Assembly: GCA_024542975.1 (NCBI GenBank)
Contig: JAMXCZ010000001.1
Coordinates: 24,141 to 88,140 of the forward strand
Length of the DNA: 64,000 nt
Reading direction: 5' to 3'
Source: Candidatus Omnitrophota bacterium
GTDB taxonomy: Bacteria; Omnitrophota; Gorgyraeia; JABMRN01; RBG-13-46-9
The notes beneath the pieces are model-generated. The model saw nothing but the letters and a program-made list of their open reading frames with translations, had not been told where the DNA came from and did no database searches. Positions 1 to 10,040 of the stretch are shown here, one piece after another (positions within the stretch are counted from its first letter, which is position 1; each line of letters opens with the position of its first letter). The translations under genes and the position numbers were made by a program.

Positions 1-305
1 ATTAAGCCCGCCTCTTTCAAGGCTTTTTTGTCTACAACCGTATCTTTTCTGAACGTGCTAAGGACGTCCACATTCACAATCTGGAATATTTTTTTTGTCG
101 CGTGCGTGAAACCACGCTTGGGAATTCTCCTAAAAAGCGGCATTTGCCCGCCTTCAAAACCCAACCTGCGCGTAGCCCCGGAACGGGACATTGCGCCCTT
201 ATGTCCACGCGTCGAAGTTTTTCCATGGCCGGAGCCGGAACCGCGCCCGACGCGTTTCGGAGACCTGTTTGCCCCTTTTGGCTTACGTATATCTTCGATT
301 TTCAT
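1..305 (-). CDS. rplO: 50S ribosomal protein uL15 (runs off window edge; not in ORF track)
   Basis: Manual translation [37 protein letters not shown]...[17 protein letters not shown]; ATG overlaps the rpsE stop. Confidence 0.95.
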   Translation of the reverse strand, partial: MKIEDIRKPKGANRSPKRVGRGSGSGHGKTSTRGHKGAMSRSGATRRLGFEGGQMPLFRRIPKRGFTHATKKIFQIVNVDVLSTFRKDTVVDKKALKEAGL

Positions 306-805
306 TCGTGTTTCCTGTAAAGCCTGACTGACTGAAGCCCTACCAATGTTGCCTTTACCACATTTATCGGGTTTCGCGATCCCAAGCATTTTGTCAGTAT
401 ATCTCTTATGCCGAATGCCTCGCAGAGTGCCCTGACTCCTCCACCTGCAATTACGCCGGTTCCGGGATGGGCCGGTTTTAGCATTACCATACCGGCCTTA
501 AACCTTCCGATTGCCTCGTGCGGTATGGTAGTTTCCCGCATCTGGATTGAAACAAAGGATTTCTTTGCGACGGCAAGGGCCTTGCCGATGGCAGCGGAAA
601 TTTCATTAGCTTTCCCGAATCCTATTCCCGCCATCCCCTTGCCGTTTCCTGCTACAGCGAGAACATTGAAGGAAAATCTTCTTCCGCCTTTTACAACTTT
701 CGCAACCCTTCTTATGCTTACAATTTTCTCTATGAAGGTTTCTTCCCCCTCAATTCTGGGACCCCTCCCCCTCTTCCTTTGTGCTTGTCCTTTATTTGTG
801 GCCAT
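302..805 (-). CDS. rpsE: 30S ribosomal protein uS5
   Basis: [14 protein letters not shown] and PGTGVIAGG motifs; spc operon position. Confidence 0.98.
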   Translation of the reverse strand: MATNKGQAQRKRGRGPRIEGEETFIEKIVSIRRVAKVVKGGRRFSFNVLAVAGNGKGMAGIGFGKANEISAAIGKALAVAKKSFVSIQMRETTIPHEAIGRFKAGMVMLKPAHPGTGVIAGGGVRALCEAFGIRDILTKCLGSRNPINVVKATLVGLQSVRLYRKHE

Positions 806-818
806 ACTCGTCCTTTAT

Positions 819-1175
819 TTAAAATACTAATCCGTTTTTTCTTGCAGCTTCCGCGAATGCCTTAAGACGCCCGTGATACCGATAGCCGGCCCTGTCAAAA
901 GCGACCTTGCCGAACCCCTTGGCCTTTGCCCTCCTGGCAAATTCCTCTCCGAAAAGTACCGCCGCTTTTACGTTGCCTCCGTAGCTTAATTTGCTCCGAA
1001 AATCCGGCGCATTTGTAGATAAGGAAAAAAGTGTCCGGGACACCGTGTCGTCGATAAGCTGGCCGGACAGATTCTTATTGCTCCGTGTAATACAAAGCCG
1101 CGGCCGCTCGTTATTGCCGGAGATTTTTTTCCGCAAGATCTTATGCCTTCTTTTTCGCCCGATAAGCTTTCTCAT
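819..1175 (-). CDS. rplR: 50S ribosomal protein uL18
   Basis: RPRL...FDRAGYRYHGR motif; operon order. Confidence 0.97.
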   Translation of the reverse strand: MRKLIGRKRRHKILRKKISGNNERPRLCITRSNKNLSGQLIDDTVSRTLFSLSTNAPDFRSKLSYGGNVKAAVLFGEEFARRAKAKGFGKVAFDRAGYRYHGRLKAFAEAARKNGLVF

Positions 1176-1711
1176 TTTACCACCGTTTTCCCGGCCTTAT
1201 GCCTCACATACTCGTTCGCATATCTTATGCCCTTGCCCGTATATGGCTCGGGTTTAAAGTAATCCCGTATCTCGGCAGCTACCTCGCCCACCTTTACCTT
1301 GTCAACGCCTGATACGACCAGTTGTGTGGGCTTGGGCGCCTTTACTGTTATGCCTTCGGCAATCTGGTGCTTTATGGGGTGTGAGAAACCGAGATTGATT
1401 TCCAACGTGTTACCCTCTACCTTAGCCTTAAAACCCACGCCTTTTATTTCGAGCTCCTTTGCATACCCCTCCGTTACGCCTTTTATCATGTTGGCAATGA
1501 GGGCCCGTGTCATGCCATGAAGGCTCAGCTCTCTTTTTTCATCAGACACTCTCTTCACTATAACTTTATTCTCGGTGACAGTCACCTTAATCGGATGCCT
1601 GATCCTGTGCTCGAGCGCGCCTTTGGGGCCTTCGATAAAAACAACGGATTCCTTGACCTCGACTTTTACGCCGCCGGGTATATCAATGGGTTTTTTTCCG
1701 ATTCTCGACAT
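1172..1711 (-). CDS. rplF: 50S ribosomal protein uL6
   Basis: MSRIGKKPI, LGFSHP, PEPYTGKGIRY. Confidence 0.98.
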   Translation of the reverse strand: MSRIGKKPIDIPGGVKVEVKESVVFIEGPKGALEHRIRHPIKVTVTENKVIVKRVSDEKRELSLHGMTRALIANMIKGVTEGYAKELEIKGVGFKAKVEGNTLEINLGFSHPIKHQIAEGITVKAPKPTQLVVSGVDKVKVGEVAAEIRDYFKPEPYTGKGIRYANEYVRHKAGKTVVK

Positions 1712-1718
1712 TTTTTAC

Positions 1719-2117
1719 CTACCAAACATGGCAAAGGAGTTCTCCGCCCAATTTTTTTTCTCTGGCCTCGTTGTCGGTCATAAGGCCTTTGGAAGTTGAA
1801 ATAATAGCAACGCCTATCCCGCCATAGACTCTTTTTATCTCTTTACTTTTTACGTAGACCCTTCTGCCGGGTTTTGAGATTTTCTTAAGGCCCGTAAGAA
1901 ACGGGGTGTTATTTTTTTCGTACTTGAGGTAAACTTTGATTATCCCCTGTAACTTATCTTCGATCGTCTTGTGGTTTGCGATAAAGCCTTCCTGTTTTAA
2001 GATCCCAAGCATGCTCTCGTGGAGCAGGGACCGCTTTATGAAAACCGTTTTCTTGCGCGCCATAATTCCGTTTTTTATGATAGTCAGCATATCCGCTATC
2101 GGGTCCGTTACGGCCAT
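1719..2117 (-). CDS. rpsH: 30S ribosomal protein uS8
   Basis: DPIADMLT, ISKPGRRVY, STSKGLMT...GGELLC. Confidence 0.98.
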   Translation of the reverse strand: MAVTDPIADMLTIIKNGIMARKKTVFIKRSLLHESMLGILKQEGFIANHKTIEDKLQGIIKVYLKYEKNNTPFLTGLKKISKPGRRVYVKSKEIKRVYGGIGVAIISTSKGLMTDNEAREKKLGGELLCHVW

Positions 2118-2174
2118 CTATTCCTCCTTAAACCTTAAAAAAATATTAAGTCCGACCTTTTTGAATCCGGGCGA

Positions 2175-2360
2175 TTACCAGCTCGCCTTTACGACACCGG
2201 GTATCTCACCCCGGGACGCCAATTCACGGAAGCATATTCGGCAGAGCTTGAACCTTCGCATGTAGCCGCGCCTGCGACCGCAAAGTTCGCAACGGCAGTA
2301 TGCTCTTACCTTAAACTTCGGTTTTCGCTTCGCCTTTATTATCAGACATTTCTTTGCCAC
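2175..2360 (-). CDS. rpsN: 30S ribosomal protein uS14, Zn-binding (C+) type
   Basis: GTG start AKK...RCELCGR...LCRICFRE...GVVKASW. Confidence 0.96.
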   Translation of the reverse strand: MAKKCLIIKAKRKPKFKVRAYCRCELCGRRRGYMRRFKLCRICFRELASRGEIPGVVKASW

Positions 2361-2364
2361 AAAT

Positions 2365-2907
2365 TCACCTTTTAAACGGCATTCCAAAAAGTGTCAAAAG
2401 CTCAGCGCTCGCTTCCTTGCTATCTGCGCTCGTAGCGATAGTCACATCCATGCCATGCACTTTTTGGATTTTATCGGCATCAAGCTCCGGGAAAATACTC
2501 TGCTCGGTTATTCCGAAAGAGTAATTGCCGGCATGGTCAAAAGAGCCTGCCGGTAATCCCCTGAAGTCCCTGATCCTGGGTATCACTATATTAATCAGCC
2601 TGTCCAGAAATTCGTACATCCGCGCCTTTCGCAAAGTGACTTTGCATCCCACGAGAGTTCCTTTCCGTATCTTGAAGCCTGCAATATCCTTCTTTGCCGC
2701 TGTGCTTACCGGTTTTTGCCCTGTAATCAGCGCGAGTTCCTTTGAGACATCGTCGAGGTATTTCTTTTCTCGCGCCGCTTCTCCCAGGCCCACGTTTATA
2801 ACCACCTTTATAAGCCGCGGAACCTCGTACGCGTTTTTATATCCGAACCGCTCCATCATCTTCGGGGTGATCTCTTTTCTATATTTTTCCAAAAGACGGG
2901 GTGTCAT
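2365..2907 (-). CDS. rplE: 50S ribosomal protein uL5
   Basis: [19 protein letters not shown]; start moved to MTPRLL. Confidence 0.97.
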   Translation of the reverse strand: MTPRLLEKYRKEITPKMMERFGYKNAYEVPRLIKVVINVGLGEAAREKKYLDDVSKELALITGQKPVSTAAKKDIAGFKIRKGTLVGCKVTLRKARMYEFLDRLINIVIPRIRDFRGLPAGSFDHAGNYSFGITEQSIFPELDADKIQKVHGMDVTIATSADSKEASAELLTLFGMPFKR

Positions 2908-2909
2908 TT

Positions 2910-3221
2910 TTAAAATACCTCTTTGCATCTTTTACAAAAACGCGATTTCGTGCTATCCTTCAATATTTTAAACCCGACCTTGGAGGGTCGGTTGCAGCCT
3001 TTGCAAAAGAGGGCCAAATTCGACATATTTACGGACGACTCCTTCTCCACTATGCCGCCCTTTTCGTTTTCGCGGGTGCGGCGCGCATGCTTTTTAACAA
3101 AGTTCACCCCTTCTACGATCGCCCGATCCCTCGCCGGGATGGTTGCGAGCACTTTGCCGGTCTTGCCTTTATCTTTGCCGGCAAGCAGCATTACCGTGTC
3201 GTTCTTTTTTATTCTCGCCAT
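2910..3221 (-). CDS. rplX: 50S ribosomal protein uL24
   Basis: GKDKGKTGKV KOW motif, VEGVN, GGIVEKE. Confidence 0.97.
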   Translation of the reverse strand: MARIKKNDTVMLLAGKDKGKTGKVLATIPARDRAIVEGVNFVKKHARRTRENEKGGIVEKESSVNMSNLALFCKGCNRPSKVGFKILKDSTKSRFCKRCKEVF

Positions 3222-3222
3222 A

Positions 3223-3591
3223 TTAAATCACCTCGGGCGCCAAAGAAACTATCTTCAAAAAATTCTTTTCGCGCAATTCCCTTGCCACCGGGCCGAAAAT
3301 TCTTGTCCCCCTGGGGTTTTTTTGCGCGTCTATTAAAACTATCGCATTGCGGTCAAACACAAGATATGATCCGTCAGGCCGCCTTATCGGGAAAGCTGTG
3401 CGTACAATGACCCCTTTGGCAACTTCACCTTTTTTAACCGCCGCGTCGGTGGTGGCCTCTTTTATATTGCAGCTTATGATATCTCCTATTTCGGCGGAAT
3501 CCTTTCCCGAACGTCCGATAACACCTATGCAGGAGGCCTTCTTTGCACCGGTATTGTCCGCTACATCCAGTATTGTGCGCATTATAATCAT
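3223..3591 (-). CDS. rplN: 50S ribosomal protein uL14
   Basis: [27 protein letters not shown]; start at MIIMRT. Confidence 0.97.
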   Translation of the reverse strand: MIIMRTILDVADNTGAKKASCIGVIGRSGKDSAEIGDIISCNIKEATTDAAVKKGEVAKGVIVRTAFPIRRPDGSYLVFDRNAIVLIDAQKNPRGTRIFGPVARELREKNFLKIVSLAPEVI

Positions 3592-3599
3592 TACAGACC

Positions 3600-3866
3600 T
3601 TAAGTTGTTTTTTTTACGATCTCGACAAGTTTCCAGCACTTGTCTTTTGAAAGCGGCCTCGCAAGCCTTACCCTCACGATATCGCCGACCTTGGCAGAAT
3701 TCTTTTCGTCGTGAGCCTTGAATTTAGTAAAGCGCTTGATCGTCTTTTTAAAAATCGGGTGCACAGCATGGTGGCTTGCGACGACCGCTATGGTCTTTGC
3801 CATGCGGGCGCTTACAACGGTTCCGACCATTTCCTTGCGAGGACGTGTTTTTTTATTTGTCTCCAC
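3600..3866 (-). CDS. rpsQ: 30S ribosomal protein uS17
   Basis: GTVVS..MAKTI, KAHDE, RPLSK. Confidence 0.96.
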   Translation of the reverse strand: METNKKTRPRKEMVGTVVSARMAKTIAVVASHHAVHPIFKKTIKRFTKFKAHDEKNSAKVGDIVRVRLARPLSKDKCWKLVEIVKKTT

Positions 3867-4056
3867 GGGGCTTCTCCTTCAAAATCGTGCGCAGGCGCGC
3901 GATGTCCTTTTTTGCTTCGCTTATCCTGTGAGGCTTCTCTACCCTGCCTGCCTTTTGCTCAAAGCGAAATTTATAGAGCTCCTCTTCAAGAGTAATAACC
4001 TTCTGGTCGATTTCAGCAACCGTCATGTTCCTTATATCCTGCGGTTTTAGCGTCAT
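3853..4056 (-). CDS. rpmC: 50S ribosomal protein uL29
   Basis: ELYKFRF...KKDIARLRT; operon order. Confidence 0.95.
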   Translation of the reverse strand: MTLKPQDIRNMTVAEIDQKVITLEEELYKFRFEQKAGRVEKPHRISEAKKDIARLRTILKEKPRGDK

Positions 4057-4057
4057 A

Positions 4058-4471
4058 TCAGTGGCCCCTCGAAACGAATTTCGTCCTTAGCGGCAGTTTA
4101 TGGGATGCGCGGCACAGCGATTCGCGCGCGAGGTCAAGCGGCATTCCTTCCATTTCGAAAAGCACCTTTCCTCTCTTGATAACACATACCCAATGATCGG
4201 GCGCGCCTTTTCCTTTTCCCATTCGTGTTTCCGCGGGCTTCTTGGTAACCGGCTTGTCCGGGAACACCCGTATCCATACTTTTCCGCCGCGCCTCGTATG
4301 TCGCATTAAGGCGACACGGGCAGCTTCAAGCTGCCTGTCTTTGATCCAACCGTTCTCGAGCGCCTTCAGGCCAAATTCACCGAAACTGAGTTGCGCCCCG
4401 GCGGAACTTTTCCCTCTTCGCTTGCCCCGTTGGGATTTTCGATATTTAACGCGTTTTGGCATTAACGCCAT
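4058..4471 (-). CDS. rplP: 50S ribosomal protein uL16
   Basis: [22 protein letters not shown]. Confidence 0.98.
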   Translation of the reverse strand: MALMPKRVKYRKSQRGKRRGKSSAGAQLSFGEFGLKALENGWIKDRQLEAARVALMRHTRRGGKVWIRVFPDKPVTKKPAETRMGKGKGAPDHWVCVIKRGKVLFEMEGMPLDLARESLCRASHKLPLRTKFVSRGH

Positions 4472-5126
4472 TTGCCGTCTCCCTAGTTACTTTTAACCCG
4501 ATTTTCTCGCCTTTGTAAACCCATACCTTAATGCCGATAAGGCCGTAAGTCGTATGGGCCTCGGTAAAACCGTAGTCAATATCAGCCCGCAACGTTTGCA
4601 GGGGTATTTTTCCGTATCGTATAGTTTCTTTTCTCGCGATTTCTGCCCCTCCGAGCCTCCCGGAAAGTTTTATCTTCAACCCCTCACAACCTGCGTCTCT
4701 GGCCATCTGAAGTGACCGTTTTAAAGTTCTCTTAAACGCTACCCTCTTCTCAAGCTGCAGGGCTATGTTTTCAGCGATAAGCTGCGCCTCAGTTGCGGCC
4801 TGTTTTACCTCTTTTATATCCAGAAAAATCTGTTTTTCACCTATGTAAGATTGCAGTTCTTCTTTTAAGGCCTCGATTTCAGATCCTCTCCTGCCTATCA
4901 CAACGCCGGGCCTCGCCGTATGGATGATGAGCCGTATTCGTTCGCCTGTGCGTTCTATTTCAATATTGGAGACTGCGGCCCCGTAGAGCTTGTTCTTCAC
5001 GTATCTCCTTAGCCGTATATCCTCGATAAGCATCGAAGGAAAACTCTCCTTTTTGGCAAACCACCTGGATCTCCAATCCTTTATTATTCCCACTCGTAAA
5101 CCGTATGGATGTGCTTTTTGGCCCAT
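4446..5126 (-). CDS. rpsC: 30S ribosomal protein uS3
   Basis: [34 protein letters not shown]. Confidence 0.98.
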   Translation of the reverse strand: MGQKAHPYGLRVGIIKDWRSRWFAKKESFPSMLIEDIRLRRYVKNKLYGAAVSNIEIERTGERIRLIIHTARPGVVIGRRGSEIEALKEELQSYIGEKQIFLDIKEVKQAATEAQLIAENIALQLEKRVAFKRTLKRSLQMARDAGCEGLKIKLSGRLGGAEIARKETIRYGKIPLQTLRADIDYGFTEAHTTYGLIGIKVWVYKGEKIGLKVTRETANGVNAKTR

Positions 5127-5128
5127 TT

Positions 5129-5548
5129 TTATTTTCCTGCCTTCACCGGTTTTTTAGGTTTAATCTTTCCCTGTTTCTTCGGGGCCCTTTGGGCCTTTCC
5201 GGGAATTTTCCGAGGAGCATCCAGTTCTACCAGAACATGGCTTGTCCTTTTTCGTATTTCCCCGGCCCTCCCCATTGACATCGCGCGAAACCGCCGTAAC
5301 GCCGGGCCCATATTGACCGCGATCTTCGATATGAAGAGCTCTTCTACGTCAAAAGTTTTTTCCGGTTTACGTTTGGCATTATTCAATGCCGATTCAATAA
5401 CCCCTTTTATGATTGCCGCTCCCTTTTTATTGGTATTGAGAAGGAGGTAGATCGCGTTAGTCACCTTTTTCTTGCTTACCATGCTGGCGATGAGCCGCAA
5501 TTTCTTAGGGGATATCCGTAAATATTTTTCTAATGCTCTTGTTACCAT
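5129..5548 (-). CDS. rplV: 50S ribosomal protein uL22 with Lys-rich C-terminal tail
   Basis: RISPKK, SALNNA, MGRA..IRKRTSH. Confidence 0.97.
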   Translation of the reverse strand: MVTRALEKYLRISPKKLRLIASMVSKKKVTNAIYLLLNTNKKGAAIIKGVIESALNNAKRKPEKTFDVEELFISKIAVNMGPALRRFRAMSMGRAGEIRKRTSHVLVELDAPRKIPGKAQRAPKKQGKIKPKKPVKAGK

Positions 5549-5569
5549 AATTGCCTTAAATCTAGCCTT

Positions 5570-5854
5570 TTACGTTTTTTCCAGTGAAACTTCTGTTGCA
5601 GCGCCGTGCCTTCTGAATGTCCGGGTCGGCGCAAATTCTCCGAGCTTGTGCCCGACCATATTTTCCGTAACAAAAACAGGTATAAATTTTCTCCCGTTGT
5701 GTACGGTAAACGTAACGCCTACGAAGTCCGGGGGTATATCACACCTTCGAGCCCAGGTCTTTATCGGCTTTTTATCCCTTGCCTTTTCCGCTCTCTGGAC
5801 CTTCATCAGTAATTTCTCGTCAACATAGGGGCCTTTTTTTGTCGAACGGGACAT
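5570..5854 (-). CDS. rpsS: 30S ribosomal protein uS19
   Basis: [26 protein letters not shown]. Confidence 0.98.
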   Translation of the reverse strand: MSRSTKKGPYVDEKLLMKVQRAEKARDKKPIKTWARRCDIPPDFVGVTFTVHNGRKFIPVFVTENMVGHKLGEFAPTRTFRRHGAATEVSLEKT

Positions 5855-5882
5855 ATTTTACTCCTTAATTAAATATCGAATT

Positions 5883-6704
5883 TCATTTCCGTCTTCTTAA
5901 AATATACTTATCGGATCGTTTCGGCTTTCTGGTCTTTAACCCTTTTGTTATTTTGCCCCAGGGCGTTGTTGGGTGCCTACCACCGGAGGTTTTGCCTTCG
6001 CCGCCGCCCATTGGGTGGTCGACAGGATTCTTCGCTACGCCTCTCGAGTACGGCCGAATCCCCATATGCCGCGACCTTCCCGCCTTGCCGATCACAATAC
6101 TATCGTGTTCAATATTGCCGACTTGTCCGATTGTCGCAAAGGAGCTCTGTTTGATAAGGCGTATTTCGCCCGATGGCATTTTAATCTGGGCGTACTTGCC
6201 TTCTTTCGACATGACGACCGCAAGATCCCCGGCGCTTCTTGCGATCTTGGCGCCCCTACCCTTTTCCAACTCTATGCAGTGAACCGGTATGCCGAGAGGT
6301 ATTCGTTCGAGAGGCAGGGCATTGCCCACTTTGATTTCGGCGTCCACAGACGACACTAGCCTGTCCCCGAGTTTCAGCCCATCAGGACAGATGATGTACC
6401 GCTTCTCCCCATCCTGATATTTGAGAAGCGCAATGCGGGCAGTCCGGTTCGGGTCATATTCTACGGCTATAACATCTGCCGGAATTTCGTATTTATCTCT
6501 TTTGAAATCGACAATACGCCATCTCCTCTTGTGGCCACCGCCTCTATGGCGCGAGGTTATCCTTCCGTATATGTTTCTTCCACCGCTCTTTTTTAATGCA
6601 ACCGTAAGGGATTTTTCGGGGGTATCCTTTGTGATCTCGTCAAAGGTATATCCGCTCCCCCATCTCCTTGTCGGCGTAGTAGGCTTAAATTTCTTAATCC
6701 CCAT
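5883..6704 (-). CDS. rplB: 50S ribosomal protein uL2
   Basis: [27 protein letters not shown]. Confidence 0.99.
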   Translation of the reverse strand: MGIKKFKPTTPTRRWGSGYTFDEITKDTPEKSLTVALKKSGGRNIYGRITSRHRGGGHKRRWRIVDFKRDKYEIPADVIAVEYDPNRTARIALLKYQDGEKRYIICPDGLKLGDRLVSSVDAEIKVGNALPLERIPLGIPVHCIELEKGRGAKIARSAGDLAVVMSKEGKYAQIKMPSGEIRLIKQSSFATIGQVGNIEHDSIVIGKAGRSRHMGIRPYSRGVAKNPVDHPMGGGEGKTSGGRHPTTPWGKITKGLKTRKPKRSDKYILRRRK

Positions 6705-6755
6705 CCCTATCCTGATCCTTTTCCGTTTTTTGTGTTCCGGTTTTTAGTTTTCTGC

Positions 6756-7034
6756 TCATGCAACATCGATCTTGTGCCCTTCCTTAAGTGTCACAACAGC
6801 CTTCTTCCAATCAGCTGTCTTACCTTCCACGAGCCGCACACGCTTCATCTTGCCCTTCATAGTTAAAGTGTTTACCTTTTTGACTTTTACCTTATATATT
6901 TCTTCTATCGCCTGTTTGATCTCAATTTTATTGGCGGTTTGCGCTACGCAAAAAAGGTATTTATTAAAATGTAAAAGATTCGAGCCTTTTTCTGTCCTGA
7001 GAGGGCTTGTAACTATGGCATAAGGGCTTTTCAT
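6756..7034 (-). CDS. rplW: 50S ribosomal protein uL23
   Basis: TEK, NKIEIKQAIE, WKKAVVTL. Confidence 0.97.
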   Translation of the reverse strand: MKSPYAIVTSPLRTEKGSNLLHFNKYLFCVAQTANKIEIKQAIEEIYKVKVKKVNTLTMKGKMKRVRLVEGKTADWKKAVVTLKEGHKIDVA

Positions 7035-7681
7035 GCGGCACCCCTTTTATTAAGTAAGTCGATGGCATCCTTCGTTACAACCACATAATCGTGCGACAAA
7101 ACGTTAAGCGCCGTAACTTTATCGGACTCCGCGACTGTCATGCGCTTTATGTTTCGCGTAGCCCTGAAAAGTTTCTGGTCTATTTCTTTTACAACAAGAA
7201 GAACGGTATTTCTTAAATTCAACTTTTTAAAAAAATCGGCGACAATCTTGGTCTTTCCCTCTTCGGCGGGTACGCCGTCAATAGCCACGACCCGCCCGCT
7301 CTTTAATTTGGCGTTTATACTCGATACAAAAGCACTTCGCTTCATCTTTTTCGGTATGCTGTATCTAAAATCCCTGGGCTTCGGCCCAAAGACTATTCCC
7401 CCGCCCCGCCAGATCGGATTTCTTATGGAAGAGACCCTCGCCCTGCCGGTTCCTTTTTGTCTCCATGGTTTTTTTCCGCCACCCCTTACCTCGCTTCGGG
7501 TTTTTGTGCTGGCAGTGCCCCTTCTCTGATTTGCCCTGTACATCGTGAGGGACTGATAAAGAAGCGACTTGTTGACCCGACCGCTGAAAACGTCCTTATT
7601 TAACTCAAGCGTTCCGGCATTTTTGCCGTTCGAGTCAAACACGGGTATTTTATTAACCTGCGAATTACTTTTTGTTTTCAT
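7031..7681 (-). CDS. rplD: 50S ribosomal protein uL4
   Basis: RSEVRGGGKKPWRQKGTGRAR, WRGGG..FGPKPR. Confidence 0.97.
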   Translation of the reverse strand: MKTKSNSQVNKIPVFDSNGKNAGTLELNKDVFSGRVNKSLLYQSLTMYRANQRRGTASTKTRSEVRGGGKKPWRQKGTGRARVSSIRNPIWRGGGIVFGPKPRDFRYSIPKKMKRSAFVSSINAKLKSGRVVAIDGVPAEEGKTKIVADFFKKLNLRNTVLLVVKEIDQKLFRATRNIKRMTVAESDKVTALNVLSHDYVVVTKDAIDLLNKRGAA

Positions 7682-8354
7682 CTGTCTTCTGCCCGGCATC
7701 CGGGGCAGCCTCTTTTTCTCTTCGGGCGGGCTTCTTTTTGGCTTGCCGCACCAGGAGAACGCTCTCCCTATGTCCCGGAACAGCGCCTTTTACCACTAAA
7801 AGATTATCCTCTTCTACTATCTTTACCACTTTCAGGTTTTGCACCGTAATCTTTGCTGCGCCCATGTGCCCCGGCATGGTTTTTCCTTTATGCACTCTGG
7901 AAGGATAAGAGCTTGCGCCTATAGATCCCACCCGGCGATGAAACATCGAACCGTGCCCGCTCTCTCCGCCTCTCCAATTCCATCTTTTCATACCCCCCTG
8001 AAAGCCCTTTCCTATGCTTTTGCCCGTTATATCTACGTAATCACCGGCTTTGAATATGTTGACCATCACCTTATCGCCAGTTTTGCAGGAAGCATCGGAT
8101 TCAAGCCGTATTTCTTTAAGTGTCCTTTTTGGGCTAATTTTTAACTTGTCAAACCATTTCTTTTCCGGCATTTTTACCTTGGAGGCCTTCTTATCACCGT
8201 AGCCCAAAAGAACAGCGGAATATCCCGACGTATCCTTCGACCTTGTCCCAAGAACATAACAGGGTCCGGCCTCGATGAGGGTAACGGGAACAACGCGCCC
8301 ATCTTCGTCAAAAATATTCGTCATCCCTATTTTTTTTCCGAGTATTCCGGTCAT
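7665..8354 (-). CDS. rplC: 50S ribosomal protein uL3
   Basis: GKKIGMT, GKGFQG, MPGHMG, VKGAVPG. Confidence 0.98.
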   Translation of the reverse strand: MTGILGKKIGMTNIFDEDGRVVPVTLIEAGPCYVLGTRSKDTSGYSAVLLGYGDKKASKVKMPEKKWFDKLKISPKRTLKEIRLESDASCKTGDKVMVNIFKAGDYVDITGKSIGKGFQGGMKRWNWRGGESGHGSMFHRRVGSIGASSYPSRVHKGKTMPGHMGAAKITVQNLKVVKIVEEDNLLVVKGAVPGHRESVLLVRQAKKKPARREKEAAPDAGQKTDENKK

Positions 8355-8373
8355 ATAATTCTCTCTGTTGCGC

Positions 8374-8467
8374 TGTCATTCCCGCTTCCGCGGGAATCCA
8401 TATTCTACATCTCGGGATCCCCGCTTCCGCGGGGATAAATTTCGCCCTATGATATAAGGCGAAATTT
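8374..8467. repeat. REP-like triple-hairpin element in the rpsJ-rplC spacer
   Basis: ATTCCCGC-TTCC-GCGGGAAT, ATCCCCGC-TTCC-GCGGGGAT and AAATTTCGCC-N11-GGCGAAATTT hairpins in tandem, preceded by TGTCATTCCCG. Confidence 0.75.
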
Positions 8468-8801
8468 ACTTTATTTCCACATTGACTCCGGCCGGCAAGT
8501 CGAGCCGCCTTAAGGAATCAATAGTTTTAGCAGTCGGGCTTATTATCTCGAGAAGTCGCTTGTGCGTCTTTATTTGAAACTGCTCACGTGACTTTTTATC
8601 GATATGAGGCGACCTTAAAACCGTAAAAATTTCCCTTTTTGTAGGAAGAGGCACCGGCCCTGCAACAACCGAGCCTGTTTTTTTTACCGTTTGAACGATT
8701 TCCTCACAGGCCAAGTCTAAAATCCTATGGTCGTAGGCCATAAGCTTTATCCGTATCCTTACCGACTTATCCTGTTTTACTTTTAATTGCTTTGCTGTCA
8801 T
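8466..8801 (-). CDS. rpsJ: 30S ribosomal protein uS10
   Basis: [29 protein letters not shown]. Confidence 0.98.
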   Translation of the reverse strand: MTAKQLKVKQDKSVRIRIKLMAYDHRILDLACEEIVQTVKKTGSVVAGPVPLPTKREIFTVLRSPHIDKKSREQFQIKTHKRLLEIISPTAKTIDSLRRLDLPAGVNVEIK

Positions 8802-8804
8802 CAG

Positions 8805-10001
8805 TTATTCGCTAATCTCCGTTACCACACCGGCTCCTACGGTGTGCCCGCCTTCGCGTATGGCGAAGCGCAGGCCTTTTTCCATTGCTATGGGCTCTAT
8901 GAGGACTATATCCATCGTTACGTTGTCGCCGGGCATCACCATTTCAACGTCTTTGGGCAGCGTAACGCTTCCGGTTACGTCGGTGGTTCTGAAGTAGAAC
9001 TGCGGCCTGTAGCCGTTAAAGAAGGGTGTGTGGCGGCCTCCCTCTTCTTTCGTAAGGATGTAGGCCTCTCCCTTGCATTTTGTGTGGGGGGTTATGGTGC
9101 CGGGTTTAGCGAGCACCTGGCCTCGCATGAGGTCCTTCTTCTCTACGCCTCTAAGGAGGACACCAATGTTATCGCCTGCCTGGCCGTGGTCGAGTATCTT
9201 TCGGAACATTTCAACGCCTGTTACTACGCTCTTCTTGGTGGGTTTAAGGCCTACGAGCTCTATCTCTTCGCCTGTTTTCACCTGGCCGCGTTCTACCCGG
9301 CCTGTGCCTACGGTGCCTCTTCCGGTTATGCTGAATACATCTTCTATCGGCATGAGGAAGGGCTTATCTATGTCTCTCTTGGGTGTGGGAATAAAGTCGT
9401 CTACGGCTTTCATCAGTTCAAATATGCATTTTACGGCCTCTGCGTCATCGGGAGAGCGCATGGCTTTGAGAGCGCTTCCTTTTACAACCGGCGTCTTATC
9501 TCCCGGGAACTTATATTTTGTCAGAAGCTCTCTTACTTCGAGTTCTACGAGGTCTAAGAGCTCTTTGTCATCTACGAGGTCTATCTTATTGAGGAAGACT
9601 ACGATTGCGGGAACGTTTACCTGGCGGGCTAAGAGTATGTGCTCCCTTGTCTGGGGCATGGGGCCGTCTGCGGCTGATACTACGAGTATGGCGCCGTCCA
9701 TCTGGGCTGCGCCGGTTATCATGTTTTTGATGTAGTCGGCGTGGCCGGGGCAGTCTATGTGGGCGTAATGCCGCTTTTCGGTCTCGTATTCAACGTGCGC
9801 TACTGCGATGGTAAGGATCTTGTTTTTGTCCCTTACCAATCCGCCTTTTGCGATTTCCGCATAGCTTTTGGCCTGAGCCTGGCCTTTTGTTGCAAGGACA
9901 GTGGTTATAGCGCTTGTGAGACAGGTCTTGCCGTGGTCAATATGTCCAATGGTGCCTACATTCACATGAGGTTTTGTGCGTTCAAACTTTTGCTTTGCCA
10001 T
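8805..10001 (-). CDS. tuf: Elongation factor Tu (str-operon copy)
   Basis: [27 protein letters not shown]; follows fusA. Confidence 0.99.
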   Translation of the reverse strand: MAKQKFERTKPHVNVGTIGHIDHGKTCLTSAITTVLATKGQAQAKSYAEIAKGGLVRDKNKILTIAVAHVEYETEKRHYAHIDCPGHADYIKNMITGAAQMDGAILVVSAADGPMPQTREHILLARQVNVPAIVVFLNKIDLVDDKELLDLVELEVRELLTKYKFPGDKTPVVKGSALKAMRSPDDAEAVKCIFELMKAVDDFIPTPKRDIDKPFLMPIEDVFSITGRGTVGTGRVERGQVKTGEEIELVGLKPTKKSVVTGVEMFRKILDHGQAGDNIGVLLRGVEKKDLMRGQVLAKPGTITPHTKCKGEAYILTKEEGGRHTPFFNGYRPQFYFRTTDVTGSVTLPKDVEMVMPGDNVTMDIVLIEPIAMEKGLRFAIREGGHTVGAGVVTEISE

Positions 10002-10040
10002 TGTTTGGCCCTCCTATTTTTGAAATTCCGAACTTCAATG

